A stretch of DNA of 64,000 bases from Promethearchaeota archaeon (lineage in GTDB: Archaea; Asgardarchaeota; Lokiarchaeia; Sigyniarchaeales; SOKP01): assembly GCA_019894975.1 (NCBI GenBank), contig JAGXNO010000001.1:165677-229676 (forward strand). The letters are read 5' to 3'. The notes beneath the pieces are model-generated. The model did no database searches. It saw nothing but the letters and a program-made list of their open reading frames with translations, and was not told the DNA's origin. Position 1 is the stretch's first letter, and every line of letters starts with the position of its first letter. Below, one piece after another: positions 38,929 to 50,200 of this stretch. Both the position numbers and the translations under genes were made by a program.

Positions 38929-39642
38929 TTAAATTCCTAAATAGATTTTTTTTATTTTTGGTTCTTTTTCTAGTTCTTCTTTAGTTCCTCTCATCTCAAT
39001 TTTACCTTCCTCAAGAACATAGATATTTTCAGCAACATTCATAGCAAGTACAGCATCTTGTTCAACCAATAATGTAGTAGTACCCTCTTCTTTTATTGCT
39101 TGAATTGCCTTAAAAATACTTGTCTTAATTTTTGGGGCTAATCCTAATGACGGTTCATCCATTAGAAGTAATTTAGGATTAGAAATAATCGCTCGTGCAA
39201 TCGCAAGCATTTGTTGTTCTCCCCCACTTAACGTACCAGCGCGTTGTCTTTTTCTTTCCTCAAGACGAGGGAAGAGCTCATAAATGAATTTTAATATTTC
39301 TTTATATCTTTTTTTATCTTTTAATAGATTTGCTCCTAACTTTAGATTATCAATGACACTCATATCATAAAATAATCTACGGCGTTCTGGGCAATGAGCA
39401 ATTCCTTTTCTAGCAATTTTATAAGCTTTTAATTCATCTATCCTTTCACCCAAGAATTCTACCTTTCCCCTATCAGGTTCTTCTAAACCAGATATTACTC
39501 TAAGAAGCGTCGATTTCCCAGCTCCATTCGGGCCGATAACAGAATCTAGAGATTTTTCTTCTACCTTTAAATTAATTTCTTCAAGTGCTTTAGCCTTACC
39601 ATAATAATGATAAATTTTTTTTATTTCAAGCAAATCCTTCAC
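38929..39642 (-). CDS. livF: branched-chain amino acid-type ABC ATPase
   Basis: GPNGAGKST, LSGGEQQML, DEPSLGLAP, VEQ. Confidence 0.92.
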   Translation of the reverse strand: MKDLLEIKKIYHYYGKAKALEEINLKVEEKSLDSVIGPNGAGKSTLLRVISGLEEPDRGKVEFLGERIDELKAYKIARKGIAHCPERRRLFYDMSVIDNLKLGANLLKDKKRYKEILKFIYELFPRLEERKRQRAGTLSGGEQQMLAIARAIISNPKLLLMDEPSLGLAPKIKTSIFKAIQAIKEEGTTTLLVEQDAVLAMNVAENIYVLEEGKIEMRGTKEELEKEPKIKKIYLGI

Positions 39643-40366
39643 CTCTTCCTAAATAAGCTTCAAGTATAAGTTTATGATTAGCCACCTCTCTTGGAGGTCC
39701 ATCAATAACAAATTTACCTTGAACCATAGCAATAACCCTTGGAACTAAATTCATTAATTCACGTAAAACATGACCTGTTATGAAAATAGTAAGACCTTCT
39801 TCCCTTAATTTATTGATTAAAGAAGTAATACCTTCTGCTTCTTCATGAGATAAACCACTAAAAGGTTCATCAAGAAGAAGTAATTGAGGATTTGAACCAA
39901 GAGCTTTAGCTATTTCTAGTCTTCTCAAATCACCATGAGGTAAAATAACGGGAGGTAACCTTGCTTTATCTATAAGACCTACTGAGGCAAGTAGAGTACT
40001 TGCATAGTTATTTATCCCTACAATATTAGAAATTTCTTTTCCTCTTTGCGAAAGACATGCAACGGAAACATTATCAAGAGTTGTAAGATAATGAAATGAT
40101 CTAACTAATTGAAAGGTTCTGGAAATACCTAAATTTACAATTCGAAATGGTTTTAGTCCAGTAATGTCCATTCCATCGAATCTTATTGAGCCTGAGTTAG
40201 GCTTTTCAAATCCAGATATAACATTGAATAAGGTTGTTTTACCAGCGCCATTTGGACCAATTAAACCAATAAATTCCCCACGCATTATTTCAAAACTCAT
40301 ATCATTAACAGCTGTTAAACCACCATATTTTTTAGTTAGATTCTTGATTTCAAGTATTAACCCCAT
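39626..40366 (-). CDS. livG: branched-chain amino acid-type ABC ATPase
   Basis: GPNGAGKTT, RTFQ, RRLEIA, LLLDEP. Confidence 0.92.
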   Translation of the reverse strand: MGLILEIKNLTKKYGGLTAVNDMSFEIMRGEFIGLIGPNGAGKTTLFNVISGFEKPNSGSIRFDGMDITGLKPFRIVNLGISRTFQLVRSFHYLTTLDNVSVACLSQRGKEISNIVGINNYASTLLASVGLIDKARLPPVILPHGDLRRLEIAKALGSNPQLLLLDEPFSGLSHEEAEGITSLINKLREEGLTIFITGHVLRELMNLVPRVIAMVQGKFVIDGPPREVANHKLILEAYLGRGEGFA

Positions 40367-40413
40367 TATTTATACCTCCTATAATTATTTTTTTTAAAAA
40401 ATAAATTCATACA

Positions 40414-41499
40414 TTATCTACCCATCAGTAAATCAAATAATTCTTTTAAACGCTCCACAGCTGGTTTCATGATGCCTTGATCAGCAAAACGAATAACAAG
40501 TATTAAGAAGATTGAGAAAACTAGTACGGGTCCATAATTTGCAAATGCTTCCATTTGTCCACCAGACGCGGCGAATAACTCACTAAATATTTCTTGAATT
40601 ATAAAAAATATAAACGATCCAACTGCTGCCCCCGTTATGGTGCCAAGTCCACCTATAGCCGCCATAATGATTGCGTAAAATGAGTACAAGGGTAAGAAAT
40701 TCCCGTAACTCACACTTGAAATCTTTACCATATAAAGACCCCCAGCAATCCCTGCAAAAAAACTACTAATTACAAAGGCGATTAATTTATATTTAGTAGT
40801 ATTGATACCTGAAGCATCAGCACAAGTTTGATCATCACGGATCGATTTAAAAATTGTACCTAGTTTTGATTTAACTATTATAAGCATAATAGACAGTGAA
40901 ATTATCATGAAACCCATAAGAATGAAATATTGTAAAATATAGTTTAAATCAGTGAAAGATTGGGTGACGTTTAATTCGTCTTGAGATAACATTAGATTAA
41001 ACAGGATCAAGGCGAATGCTTGGGTGCCTAATGCCAAGTATGGTCCTTTTAATCTCAAACAGGGTGTTGCAATGAACAAACCTAAAAATATGGCGACTAT
41101 TGCGCCCAGAAAAATAGAAGCAAACCAAGAAATACCAAGATTTTGAATTAATAGTGCTCCACTATATCCTGAGATTCCGAAAAACATTGCATGACCAAAA
41201 CTTATTTGTCCGACAAATCCTACTAAAAAATCCCAGCTTGCTGCTAGAATAGCAAAAATCATGGCATACATTAAAAGACTGATATAATACTCAGTTTCAG
41301 GAAATATTGGAAATAAAATCAATATAATTAGACATAAAATGGTTAATCCGCTTTTAAAGGTAAAGATCCGCATTTTAACGTTATTTAACTGGTTAGGGAG
41401 GTCTTTAACTATATTTTTTGTTCCAGCTTTCAATGAAGGAAAGAAGTTCTTAATAGATTTTTTATAAATAGAAAGTAATTGACGAATTTTTGTTAGCAA
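40414..41499 (-). CDS. livM: branched-chain amino acid-type ABC permease
   Basis: GQISFGHAMFFG, LRLKGPYLALGT, IGGLGT. Confidence 0.9.
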   Translation of the reverse strand: MLTKIRQLLSIYKKSIKNFFPSLKAGTKNIVKDLPNQLNNVKMRIFTFKSGLTILCLIILILFPIFPETEYYISLLMYAMIFAILAASWDFLVGFVGQISFGHAMFFGISGYSGALLIQNLGISWFASIFLGAIVAIFLGLFIATPCLRLKGPYLALGTQAFALILFNLMLSQDELNVTQSFTDLNYILQYFILMGFMIISLSIMLIIVKSKLGTIFKSIRDDQTCADASGINTTKYKLIAFVISSFFAGIAGGLYMVKISSVSYGNFLPLYSFYAIIMAAIGGLGTITGAAVGSFIFFIIQEIFSELFAASGGQMEAFANYGPVLVFSIFLILVIRFADQGIMKPAVERLKELFDLLMGR

Positions 41500-41502
41500 A
41501 GT

Positions 41503-42396
41503 TTATTCCACCTCCTTTTTTCCAAGCAATCCTTGGGGTCTAAATACAAGCATAAATACGATGATAATAATTGGAAATATCTCAGCAAATTGAGTTCCGA
41601 TAAAATAACTACAAAAAGTACGGGAATAACCTATTATAAAAGCTCCAAGAACGCTTCCAGGAATGCTTCCCATGCCTCCCAAAACCACAATTGCAAATGA
41701 TTGTATTAGGAACCCCCACCCCATAGAGGGGTAAACCTCCTCTCCCGCACCATATAAGATTGTCGTGAAAGCCACAAGAAGGCCCGATATTATTATTGTC
41801 ACCATAATAATCAAATTTGCGTTAATCCCCATAAGTTGCGCTGCCTCACGATCTTGGGCAACTGCTCGGATTGATTTCCCGAGTTTTGCTTTAGTAATAA
41901 AAATATAAATTATTACTACAGCAATAATAGCCCCTATTATTGTCCAAAGATATCGAACAGGAAAATTAATACCAAATAATTCAATAGGGTTACCTGCAAT
42001 AATAGTAGGAACCCAGTGCGTTTTATTATCACTCCATGGCAATACTTTTACAAGCTGCTCAAAAAAGAATGCTAACGAAAAAGTAGCAATAAGAACACCA
42101 ATTGCACTATCCTGTAGAGGTTTTATTAACAATACAAATGCGAGTATGCAAATAATTACGATTACTATTAATGTAATAATTATACTCATTAGTATTGTCT
42201 GTTCCCAAACCTTAATGCACCAATAAAACGTATACATTGTAGCTAAATAAAATCCACCATGAGCTAAATTCAACACACCTCCCACCCCATAAACTAATGA
42301 AAATCCTAAAGCTAACAATGAAAAAACAGCTCCCTGCACCGATCCAAAAAGGAATACAGAAAATAAGTCTGACGCAACTTGATCAATCACATTCAT
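41503..42396 (-). CDS. livH: branched-chain amino acid-type ABC permease
   Basis: LNLAHG, GKSIRAVAQDREAAQLMGIN, VLGGMGSIPG, RPQGLLG. Confidence 0.92.
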   Translation of the reverse strand: MNVIDQVASDLFSVFLFGSVQGAVFSLLALGFSLVYGVGGVLNLAHGGFYLATMYTFYWCIKVWEQTILMSIIITLIVIVIICILAFVLLIKPLQDSAIGVLIATFSLAFFFEQLVKVLPWSDNKTHWVPTIIAGNPIELFGINFPVRYLWTIIGAIIAVVIIYIFITKAKLGKSIRAVAQDREAAQLMGINANLIIMVTIIISGLLVAFTTILYGAGEEVYPSMGWGFLIQSFAIVVLGGMGSIPGSVLGAFIIGYSRTFCSYFIGTQFAEIFPIIIIVFMLVFRPQGLLGKKEVE

Positions 42397-42565
42397 TCAC
42401 ATCCTTTCAACTGAAGGTCATTTAATTAAATATTTTGGTATTATATTCAAATTTATTTAATATTATTTAAATTTTTGATTATATATATTTTTAATTTTTT
42501 ACATGTAGAAAAATAGAAAAAAAAAAATTAGTTAAATATTAATTTATTCTAAAGAATATAACAAT

Positions 42566-44041
42566 TTATGGTATTAACCATGGTGGAATTGTGATAGGCG
42601 TGTCTACAATCCATTCGGGATAGATATAACCATCTGTTGTTACAACTGTTTTATAACCAGTTATTTGCCATTGTACCCACAGTGTAACAGAATAAATTAC
42701 TTTTGTAACTGGATTATATCCTTCAAATAGGTCATGATTCGCGGTAAAAGCAGTGTTTCCTCCAACGCCTTCCATAGGACTTGCTACGGTTATTGTCTCT
42801 AATTGGGGTATAATAACATCTGAATCAATGGAGTTAGTAGCCGCAATTGCCCATTTTAACATATAGATGGTCCCATAGGATCCTACTGCGGTATAAATAG
42901 GATCTACATTATACGCCGCCCGGTAAGCATCCCAAAATGCGATTGTTAGAGATGTTTTATTCGTGCGTGTGGTTGATTGCATGATTATTTCGTAAGCACA
43001 GCCTCCAGCTGTATCATACCAGTAACCAGTTTTATCATCTGGATCGTCTCCTAATTGTGACATTACATCAATGCCAGCAATCATATAATCTGGTTTAAGA
43101 CTGTTATACTGAGTCACCATTTTAATTCCCCCTTGAGCTGAGATGATAGGACAAACTATTTGGGCTCCATCTGTTTCCATTGCGTTTATATATCCGGTAA
43201 AGTCTGTTGAGGTAGCTGTGATTGGATAAGCAGTATCTGACACTATTGTAAAGTTAAACCAAGGATTATCATTAAACCCATGATAATCTTTAAGGTACCA
43301 ATATGTTGTTGAGTTCATTCTCCAAAGAGACTTATAAAAACCGTTTAATATATTTAACATTGGGACTGTCCATGCGAGATTTTCTCGTATAATAGCAACT
43401 TTGCTTATGTTAACGCCACCACCTATCGCAGTCTCCATGGCAGGTTTAAGTGCCAGAGCATAAAATTCAACAATTTCCTTTGCTAACGAAGTTGAATTGA
43501 TTGGCATTGTTCGGAACAAATATTTGTATGTATCATAATCTGCTAAAACACTCAGACAATAAGAATCTGTAGCAGCACCTGTATTCATAAAAAGCTTTTG
43601 TTCAGCGATGACAACCTCCCGATATGCCATTACTGCTTCTGTTCTGAATCCACCCACAACAAAATCAGGATCGCGTTGTGTCATCAGTTTTTCTGCTGCC
43701 AGAACTCCCTTGGTTGTATCGAGTTGAGGTTCAGCTTCATATGTATTTTCAGATGTGATACCGAAATAGCGGGCTGTCCCATTGATCATAACACCACCAG
43801 CTTCATTTATTTCCTTTACTGCTAAGTACGCACCCTTATAATTGCCGTCTCCCGTAATATCACCTGTGTCTCCAAGGCATCCAATTAGTATCGCTTCATC
43901 CTTATCGAAGCCACTTGGTGCCCCAGGATATTTAATTGCTGCTGTTGGAGTTGCAAGGAAAATCCAAGCACCTACTCCGATCCCTACACCGATAACTGCG
44001 ATGAGAACGATGGCTAAAATTCTTTTAGTTAAAGATTCCAT
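42566..44041 (-). CDS. LivK-type ABC substrate-binding protein
   Basis: N-terminal TM; GAYLAVKEINEAGG, VVGGFRTE, YLFR. Likely start MESLTK at 44041. Confidence 0.9.
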   Translation of the reverse strand: MESLTKRILAIVLIAVIGVGIGVGAWIFLATPTAAIKYPGAPSGFDKDEAILIGCLGDTGDITGDGNYKGAYLAVKEINEAGGVMINGTARYFGITSENTYEAEPQLDTTKGVLAAEKLMTQRDPDFVVGGFRTEAVMAYREVVIAEQKLFMNTGAATDSYCLSVLADYDTYKYLFRTMPINSTSLAKEIVEFYALALKPAMETAIGGGVNISKVAIIRENLAWTVPMLNILNGFYKSLWRMNSTTYWYLKDYHGFNDNPWFNFTIVSDTAYPITATSTDFTGYINAMETDGAQIVCPIISAQGGIKMVTQYNSLKPDYMIAGIDVMSQLGDDPDDKTGYWYDTAGGCAYEIIMQSTTRTNKTSLTIAFWDAYRAAYNVDPIYTAVGSYGTIYMLKWAIAATNSIDSDVIIPQLETITVASPMEGVGGNTAFTANHDLFEGYNPVTKVIYSVTLWVQWQITGYKTVVTTDGYIYPEWIVDTPITIPPWLIP

Positions 44042-44277
44042 ATTTTTGATCACTTTTTTATTTTTTTAAGTTTTTAATAAAATTTAGATTGTCTATTAAT
44101 AGTTCATTTTAGCATGTATATAAATTTTATAACTTTTTGTTTACAAAATTGGAATATTGACAAGACAAATTTTTTTTAAGTAACAAGTTTTGTTATAGTT
44201 CAGAAGTTGAATAAATCTTAGCAAATGGTGTTTCTTAACCTATAAATAAGAAGTTAATGTTTTCTTAATATGTGGTT

Positions 44278-47200
44278 TCAGATATTAATTGTAAGAAGTT
44301 GGATAAAGAATAAAATCCCGAAGATTATCAAGAAAATGAATAGAGAAAGGAGCGTGTAAAATCTCCACTTTACTGAAATCTTTTCCCTTTCCTCCTTTCT
44401 GCCAATAAATATTAATACAATTGAACCTGCGACTGCAATTGATATAAAAATGGTGAAAATATACCAAACGGGGGTTATATATATAAATAAAAATGCAATA
44501 ACACTACCCCAACCGTATGATAGACGTAGCATTCTCCTTTTAAATAGTACATCGGGATCACTCGTTTTTGAAGAAGGAACAACTAGGATCAAAAATGCAA
44601 AAATTGCAATAGTTAATAAAGTAGGATGAAGAACGCCTAATAAAAGGCTTAAAAATAGTTCGGATAAAAGAATTCCAAGAAAAATCGCAACAGAAGCACT
44701 AAATAAAAACCATATTATTTTGAAATGGGTCTTTACAAACTTAAACAAAGCTTTAAAGGCATTTATAATTAATAATTCAATTTTCCTTAAGAACATAATA
44801 AGTTTATCAACGAACTTATTAAAAACTTTACGTAGTTCTTCTAATAAAAATACAAACGGATATATTAAAAGCGTTAAAGGAACTAAAACAAGCAATATTT
44901 GCCAAAATTGAGATAATTCAGAGATTATTACACTTAATAGTGAGAAAATCGAGGCCCAGAACGCAAAAGCTTTCAATGAGTGTCCTTTAAATGGTTTAAC
45001 AACAATACCTAAGAAAACCACAAATATAAGTAAAGAAACGCTAAGATTTAATGAAAAGGTAGTATTTGGTGTATGACTTAAGAGTATAAACACATTTATT
45101 GAAAGTAATAACCCTAATGTTAGAAATGAAGTTATTCTAACCGTTTTTAATGCTTTTTCCTTCAGCACTCCAAAATATTTATCAATATATGAGAAAAAGA
45201 TCATAATAATTAAGGAAAGAGTAAATAAATTGAGCGTCAGGATCGGATCTAATCTAACGAAATAGATTGGCCAGCTGATGAAATCAAAATATGAGATTAA
45301 CAATAATGAAGATCTAATCTTCCTTTTATGTAGAGAAATATATTTCCAAAAATCTAATAACTTGAATAAGTAAGTCATCTCAAGTATTAATATAAAAATA
45401 ATGAGTGGTATTGAAGTAAGCAAAAACTCAATAAAGAAGTCTACATAAAGCCAGATTAAATAAGTAGTCGTAAAAATCATAATAAAAATCCAAGAAATCA
45501 CCTTGAAATAGTTAGCAACTTTTCCCAGAAATTTTATCAATAAAATATCAATTATCGTTATTCCATGTATCATTAAACTCAAACTCAATAATATTAGTTG
45601 AGGTTCTGTTCCTACTAAAATTAGTGCTTGAACTAAAATTAGGCATAAATCTATGTAAAGACACGTCCCTAATACATGATTAAAATTAGAGTACAATTTT
45701 TTATTCCGGTCTAACTTTTCTGGCTTGAAGTGTCTTAATGAGGCAAAAAATGAATAAGTGGTATAAAATTGCATTATGATGAAGATTAATGCTTCTAAAC
45801 TTAGCAAAATTGGATATTGCGAAATAAAGGAATTTAATATAAAGACAATCAATAATGAGATTACAAAGAAACTAAGTGTATGGATTAACAAGGCAAAGTT
45901 CTTCTTGATTCTTTTTAAGGAATAAATATCTAATAATGTTAAAGTGAAAAACAATATTTGAGATACAAGGATACTCTCCAATATTCCTGCACCAACAAAA
46001 TCAAACATCAAACCATAAATCAATAAGCTTACTTCAAAGTATAATAGTACAATGAGGAAGGAAAATACTCTGGGTACGAAATTCGGATGATTATCTTCAA
46101 AAAATATGGATTTGATATATTTGACGAGTTGGAAGGTCAAACAAGTTTCTATTAAGATTAATAAATTGAGTGTAAAGAAATTTATGAGATTGAGCACATT
46201 AAAGTACCATATTAAATAGGATGCAGTAAAAATCCCAATACATAACCAAGATAAAAGTTTGAGGTAACTTACAGATTTTCCTAAAAACTTCATTATGTAT
46301 GTATCGATTATCATTAAAATATAAGTTAAAACGCTTAAACCTAATAATATTAATTGAAGATCAGCATTGAATAATAATAGCACTTGGAATAAAACAAATA
46401 ATAAATCAGTATAGAAACCTATTCCTAAGAAGTGTTTTATGTAGGATCTCCCTTTTATTATAGACTCTTCTTTCTCTGGATTTAATTGTTTTATTGAGTT
46501 GAAAAATGAATAATTTGTATAAAATTGCATAAAAATTAACAATAATAATTCTAAACTCAATATAATGTTAAACTGGGTAACATAACTGTTGAGAATTAAA
46601 AAGATGGAAACTGAAATTAAAAGATAACTAATAGTGTGGATTAATTGGGCGTAGCCTTTCTGAATTTTCTTTATAGAATAAATATCTAGTAATGTTAAAA
46701 CAAAAAAGCTTAACTGAGAAACTAAAATGCTCTCAATAAACCCAACATCAACTATTTCAAACATCAAACCGTAAATTAAAACACTTATTTCAAAATAGAG
46801 CAAAATTATGAGAGATGAAAATGTCCTTGAAAGAAATTTGGGCTTTTTTACCTCAAAAAATAAGACATTAAAGTATTTGACCGTTTTAAAAAGGAAGCAT
46901 GTTTCAATCAATGTGATCAAGATTATAGAAAATAGGTTTAAACTATTAAACAAGCTAAAGATGATAATCCAATTCATGGCAAATAATCCTTGAAATGCTG
47001 TGAAAAGTATCAGCTCTATTAATGATTTTAATTTTATGTCAATTTTAATAAGGAAGATACTTAAAACAAAGATAATTAGAATTGAATTTTGGAATAGCAA
47101 AGTATAGTAGGTTATTCCAGCAAGTTCTTCAAATATACTTACTAATCCATCAGAAATCAGAGAACCTAAATAAAATGAGCCGCTAATAAATAAAGTATAA

Positions 47201-50200
47201 TATAGTATCACACGTCCACTGGAAATCTTTTCTTTAGGAATACCTAAATAGGAAAGGAAATAAAGTGATAGTTGATTTAAAATTGAAATCATAACTATAA
47301 GTAGAAAAGGTTTTGGGTAAAAAATAAAGAAAAAGAATGAAAAAATGTTACAAAAAACAGTCCAAGACCAAAATGTGAATTTTTCCCTAATTGAATTAAA
47401 TAAGAAATAGAAATATTTGCGCTCTATTATATAAAATTCGAAAAATACAACCCCACTTATAGATAATAAAAACGTAAAAAATGAGATTATAAAATCTACT
47501 TCAATAAAGAGCATAAAAAGCAAAATATTAATAGCTAAAGCTAGTGGGATAAGTAAATATATTAAAAGAGAGATTCTATTGAAGTAAAGGAGGGGATCTT
47601 TTATTTTTAAATCGAATTCTGAATTTTCCATATATTTTAGGCTAAACAAAATAAAAACTGGCCATATTATCAGAAAATCAAGAATTTGGTAAACAAAAGT
47701 AATTCCGCTAAATAAGATTTGATCGATTAGAAGGGGAATAAGAATTGATATTAATAGAGAGAAAAAGACAGAATTAAGAAACATACTCGTTAAATTCAAC
47801 AGTCTAAGTTGCTTTTTATCCTGATAGATCTTTAATATACTATTTTTTATTTCTTCGGAGTCATCTGTAATTTTAACCTTAAATAAATTGATAATAATTT
47901 GAAATAGAATGAGATAAATTGTTGAAAAGCTTAAGAACGCCAAAAACCATATTGATCGAATAACATCAATTGTTACTAAAAATCCTAATATAGGTAAAGT
48001 TAAAGGAATCGGAATTAAAGCCCAAAGGAAGTATCTATATTCGATAACCAGGAAATATAAAAATATTATAAAAATTCCTGAGAAGATGCTAATTTGGATG
48101 TATAATGATAAACGGAATAAAATCGAAATTAAGGATGATATAGATGCTGAAGCCCCAAATGCAACAGCCAAGAATGGAATTGCTTTATTTATATTAAGTT
48201 TCATTTTATAACGATTGAAGATAAAAAATGAGCATCCAAAAACGGTGATCGCTAAAAATATAGCTACCAGGTCTAAACGTGGTAATAAGCTGAAGGTATT
48301 AAACGTAAACCAAGAGAAATTTATGATTAAAATCCAAGATATGAACTGATCAACTAGTTTACTCATTATTTTCAATGGTTTAGATGAGAATAAACTAAAA
48401 CCCATTACCATAAAACTAATATTAATTGAAACTGCGAAGTTTAACACAATCGAATAGATGACAAAATAGATAACAAGAAATATACCCGAAAGTACTATGA
48501 AATAACTGATTAATAAAACAACACCTATTGATCTGATGTTAGGGAAAAAGGAGTACACCATTAAGAATAAGCCAATAATTAAAATATCTAATGCTACAGT
48601 AATTTCAAAAACCAGACCAATTGAATTTAAGTAAAAATAGAGAAAGAAGGCATTAATCAGCATTAAGCCTAGCCAGAATAACGAAGCTAATTTCCAATAT
48701 TTAAGACCTGTTAAGAAGGGCATTAATAAAACTACTGAAAATAGAATAAATGAAAGATTTCTCAAACCAGAATCTCCTGAAAATAGATTTTGACTAATCC
48801 AGTAGAGTAAAAATAAGCTTTCAGCCCATACAACTAAAATTATCTTGGAAAAGTGTTTTTTTATTTTTGTGTACAGAACGGGTATGAAAAACAAGGAACA
48901 AATTATAATTGCCAGAATTGATGAACCTTTCAGCTCATAAATCCCAAATAATTCTACAGATTCTGTAAGAATATCCACCCCACCAAGACTTCTATATATT
49001 ATCCAGAAATTAACAAAAGGTAAAATATTCCACACATACCATCCTGATTTCCAGATTGCCCAAGAAAATCTCCAATGATAAATTCCAACAGATAGATAAT
49101 AGAGAAAAACTCCAACATTAATAACAATTATAATCGGCACCGGATCTCCTATAAGAGCGGGAAGAGATGCGATAATTAGGAAATAGAGAAACATTGGGAA
49201 ACTAATAATAATCGCAAATAAAATGAAGTAGAAAGACATTTTTCTGAATCTTGTAGGAGCCTTATTATATAATAGTATAAATGTAAACCCGGTTAAACTC
49301 ATTGTTAAGCTGAATGTTAAAATTGGGTTGAAGTTTATATAAGTTGGATTATTAAACAGTATGGCATAAGAAATGAAACTGACAAAATCAAATACGAGTA
49401 AGAGAACACAGGGTCTAATAAACCATTTGTAAAACTCATTATTCTGACGATAGAAATAAATTCCAATAAATAACAAGAATATGAATAATGATATCGTAAT
49501 ATTGTAAAGTAGCAGAATATTTGTGAAAGCGTTTAATAATACAAAAGATAATAAAGAAAATAGACTATACACTACAACCTTTTCCAGATTATTATTTCTT
49601 TTATAGTTTAACCATATTGAAAAAAGTAATACAGTTATCAAAGTGAGTAGATAGGTACCAACTAAAAGCCCAAATAATGTTAGATTTAATCCCCCTAAAA
49701 GCCCAACATCGCTAAATATGCTCAAAAGATCTATGAATATAACATAACTCAGAAGAAAATAAGAAACAAATCTGAAAATACTATTAAGACTTCTTCGATA
49801 AAGTAGAAGTATTAGAGTAAAGAAAATAGGAACAATTAGAAGTATCATATAGACATAAAGCAGACTTAAAAACAATATTATGGAGGTTAAATAAAATCCG
49901 AATATTTGAAGTGTAGAATCTTCTTCAAGAACCGAATTAAATCTCAATAGAAAGAAATAACTATAAAGCAATAAATTGACGAAAATAAAGCTAATTTTCA
50001 GGGATAGATTACTGTTAAAGAACACTACATTAGCTATAAGCTGATTGAAAAGATCAATGTACAATACTAAAATCGAAATGATAAATAGTCCTAGCATAAA
50101 AATTTTAATACGATGTTGGGTTTTCTCTGAAAAAATCTTTAATTTATGGAGATAAGATAAGGTAATTGGAGTAAAAAATGAAAACGTTAATAAAAATGAA

